Shown in pieces: positions 61,166 through 64,000 of a stretch of 64,000 nt of DNA; position 1 is the first letter of the stretch; each line of letters starts with the position of its first letter. The DNA is taken from NCBI RefSeq assembly GCF_009914755.1, contig NC_060936.1; one strand, given 5' to 3'. Source of the DNA: the human T2T-CHM13v2.0 reference genome, Homo sapiens. The notes under the pieces were generated by a model. The model was not told the DNA's origin and did no database searches. It saw only the letters and a list, made by a program, of their open reading frames with translations. A program made the position numbers and the translations under genes.

Positions 61166-62404
61166 CTTCTTGCCACTTTTTAAACATGATTTCATTTAAT
61201 CCTCATTGCAACCTTGATGAGAAAGGTATTGCTATATTCACTTTATTGGTGGGGAAACCAAAGTGTGGTTTAACTTGCCGAGTGAAGTGGCTGGGAGTGT
61301 GGAATAAAGGTCTGTTGGTCCCAGCAATGACACTGTGGGAGGGATTGCAGCCACAGGGGCAATAATTCCTCAGAATCTACTGTCTGCCAACTTTTAAAGG
61401 AATAAACATAGATGTCAGGGAAGACTGACTGGCACAATTTAGGAGCTGATTATAGACAAGACTGCTGAGATAGATGAAGTTAAAAATAGGCAAGAGATGA
61501 GTGATGCCTGTTTTGGGAAATGTCCTATACAGAAGATAGATTCTCTCAGTTTATGTGTAATTTTTTTATCTGCTATAAAAATCTATCAATATCTCAATTT
61601 CTCAGTGATTTTCCCCCCTCCCCAAATGTCAGGATTGTGCAGCTAGAAACCTAAATGGCTTTTCCCACATTATCTTTAGCTGAATGCAGATGCCCAGGCT
61701 TTGTATCAGAGCATAATACTCAACAATCATATTAATTGCTTCTTATCTCTGGATTCTTTTCTAATAAAGTGTTTATCACATTCAAATCCATGGTAAGATT
61801 AATGAACTTGCAGCTGTTTTATATTCTGATCATTTGGCACATTGACCTGAAAGATAAGGTATGTTTATTATTACCAAAAAGTTTTCTCAAAATTTCTCCC
61901 TGAAGGGAAGTAGGAAAGACAACCAACCAGTGTGCCAGATTAGAACAAAAAAATGTTTTAAGTCCTATTTTCAGTTTTTTTTTTTGCACAGAATAGAGAA
62001 ATAAAAAGCAAAGCAAAGGAAGACAAAAAGATGAATAAAGCCTACAACCCCTTGCTATAATTTCAGTAGCTGAAGCTGGTAATTAATTTAGCAACTATTT
62101 ATTGAGTGACTACAATGTGCCAGGCACTTTGCTAGTTCAGGGGAGATGGTGGTAAACAAGACGGATGGCTAACCACCTGTAAAGAGCATGCATGTTGGTT
62201 TACACGTCTATGCACCATGTAGTTAACATACATTATTTAACTTAATTCCTACATCAATTTTATAAGAATCGTTATCCCGTTATGTAGATGAAACTAAGGT
62301 TCAGGAAGTTTAAATCCTTGGTCTAGGCTTGCATCTCAACTAAGCTGCCAGAACTGAGGTCTGTCTGATTTGAACATGCACCCCTGCAATATATTGACAA
62401 AGTC

Positions 62405-62642
62405 AGATCTCAGCTCGCTGTAACCTCCAACTCCTGGGTTCAAGTGATTCTCCTGTCTCAGCCTCCCAAGTAGCTGGGATTACAGGCATGTGCCACCATG
62501 CCTGGCTAATTTTTGTATTTTTAGTAGAGGTGAGGTTTTGCCATGTTGGCCAGGCTGGTCTTGAACTTCTGACCTCAGGTGATCCACCCGCCTCAGCCTC
62601 CCAAAGTGCTGAGATTATAGGCGTGAGCAACCATGCCCGGCC
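62405..62642 (-). mobile_element. Alu lacking its 3' end and tail
   Basis: GATCTCAGCTCGCTGTAACCTCC...CCCGGCC. Confidence 0.9.
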
Positions 62643-63465
62643 AGCAGCATTATCTTTTGATAGAAGACCTCAAAGAGAGGGAGTTACTTTGCAATGGCAG
62701 CAGAAGGTAGCAGTAGTAGTAGTGGTAGTTAGCATAGCTTTGATATTTGCCAAGGGCTTCACATACCTATTTCCCCTGAGTCTCTATCACAGCACCTCTG
62801 TGAAGTGAATAGTAATATTATCCTCATATTGGAGATGAAGAAACAAAGGCCCCCAAATTACTTGTTTACATAGTAGAAATAAGATTCAAGTCCAGATTTA
62901 CAGACTCCAAATCAAGTAGGTGTGTGAAAGTGTTTCATAAATTACAGAAGGTTCTCCCAATGTTTGTGCAAATGTTTCATTAAAAAGCACCCTTTTCATT
63001 GTGTGAAAATGTGGCCATGTGGCCAATAAAGTAGGCTTACCCTTGGCTGCCTTTTAAGAGTAAGTCAGGGGTAGGAGTGGGAATATTATAAAGCAAGGTT
63101 TGGTCTAGTCATACTGTATGTGATTGTATGATTATTTACTCTGAATAAATGTGATTCAGGCTTTAGGCTTTTCAATATTGTGCCAAACACCGTATTTTGG
63201 AATTCAGAACCTACAAGGTAGAGATGCCATAATTCTCTTTATAGAGAGAGCCCTTGATAGATATCCATAATCAATTCCAGCATTGTCTACCAGTGCTGCT
63301 TTGTGCAGACACAGCCTCTTGAACCCAGTCCTCTTGGTCTGGAAACTAGTCATATACTAGAGGAAACCAAACAGATTGGTAAAGGCTGGGGCAACTGAGT
63401 ATTTTCCAAAGCATATTTGAAATTCTGTTCTTGACTCTGATTTTGAGGTTTTGGCTTCACTGTAG

Positions 63466-63593
63466 GTTTTAATGTCAACCACCTGGACATTGCCCCACGC
63501 TATGCCAGCATTCTCATGGGGATCTCAAACGGAGTGGGAACCCTCTCTGGAATGGTCTGTCCCCTCATTGTCGGTGCAATGACCAGGCACAAG
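63466..63593 (+). CDS. SLC17A8: VGLUT3 exon 11 (128 nt, ends at codon 475); gene continues past the window
   Basis: [42 protein letters not shown]. Donor AAG|GTAAAG. Confidence 0.98.
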
Positions 63594-64000
63594 GTAAAGG
63601 TCTCCTTTGTGGCTATGGGTTACAATATCAGAGGACTGGAGCTCTACACAAACTTGAGATTTCAAGGCTCTACTGCAGTCTGTAAATGTGTATGTCCTTG
63701 ACCTTGACTGAGTCAGCTGAACTTCTTTTTTTTTTCTTCCTTCTTCTGATTTTCAAATCATTGCTTATCAATGGCACCAAGGCTAGTTGTTGTTTTGTTC
63801 TATGTTTTCTCAATTGAGGAATAATAGTCTGGGGAGAGGGGATGGGCCATAGAAACTGTTTAGAGACCCAAAGAAGAAACTGAGGCAGTCAACTTGGGAT
63901 AAATGAGTTACTGAAGATTGTTTTCTCATTCTCAGTGATTAAACCTTATAGCCTATTTCCATCCATTGCTTAGCATGTTTCAGCATAAAAAGATGAGTGC

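Overview
Primate (almost certainly human) genomic DNA containing the promoter and coding exons 1-11 of SLC17A8 (VGLUT3, vesicular glutamate transporter 3; the DFNA25 deafness gene) on the + strand. The exons splice by GT-AG into one uninterrupted frame of 1425 nt (codons 1-475, [12 protein letters not shown]...GAMTRHK). The last exon lies beyond the window. The rest is repeat-rich intron: about 49 Alu/FLAM/FRAM pieces by my count, a decayed antisense ERVL-class provirus in intron 1, MaLR solo LTRs (MLT1, THE1), L1/L2/MIR fragments, hAT-Charlie MERs and microsatellites. Nearly all supplied ORFs are Alu or other repeat artefacts. I see no evidence of a new multi-gene system. The best leads are cis-level: (1) a GTAAGT cryptic donor inside exon 5 that would delete 18 aa in frame, including Ala211; (2) two overlapping uORFs; (3) inverted Alus bracketing exons; (4) a candidate Alu poison exon; (5) an 84-bp local templated duplication inside an LTR; (6) a 5'-inverted L1 with a possible 3' transduction; (7) a good CTCF motif. 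Repeat boundaries and subfamily names were assigned by eye and are approximate.
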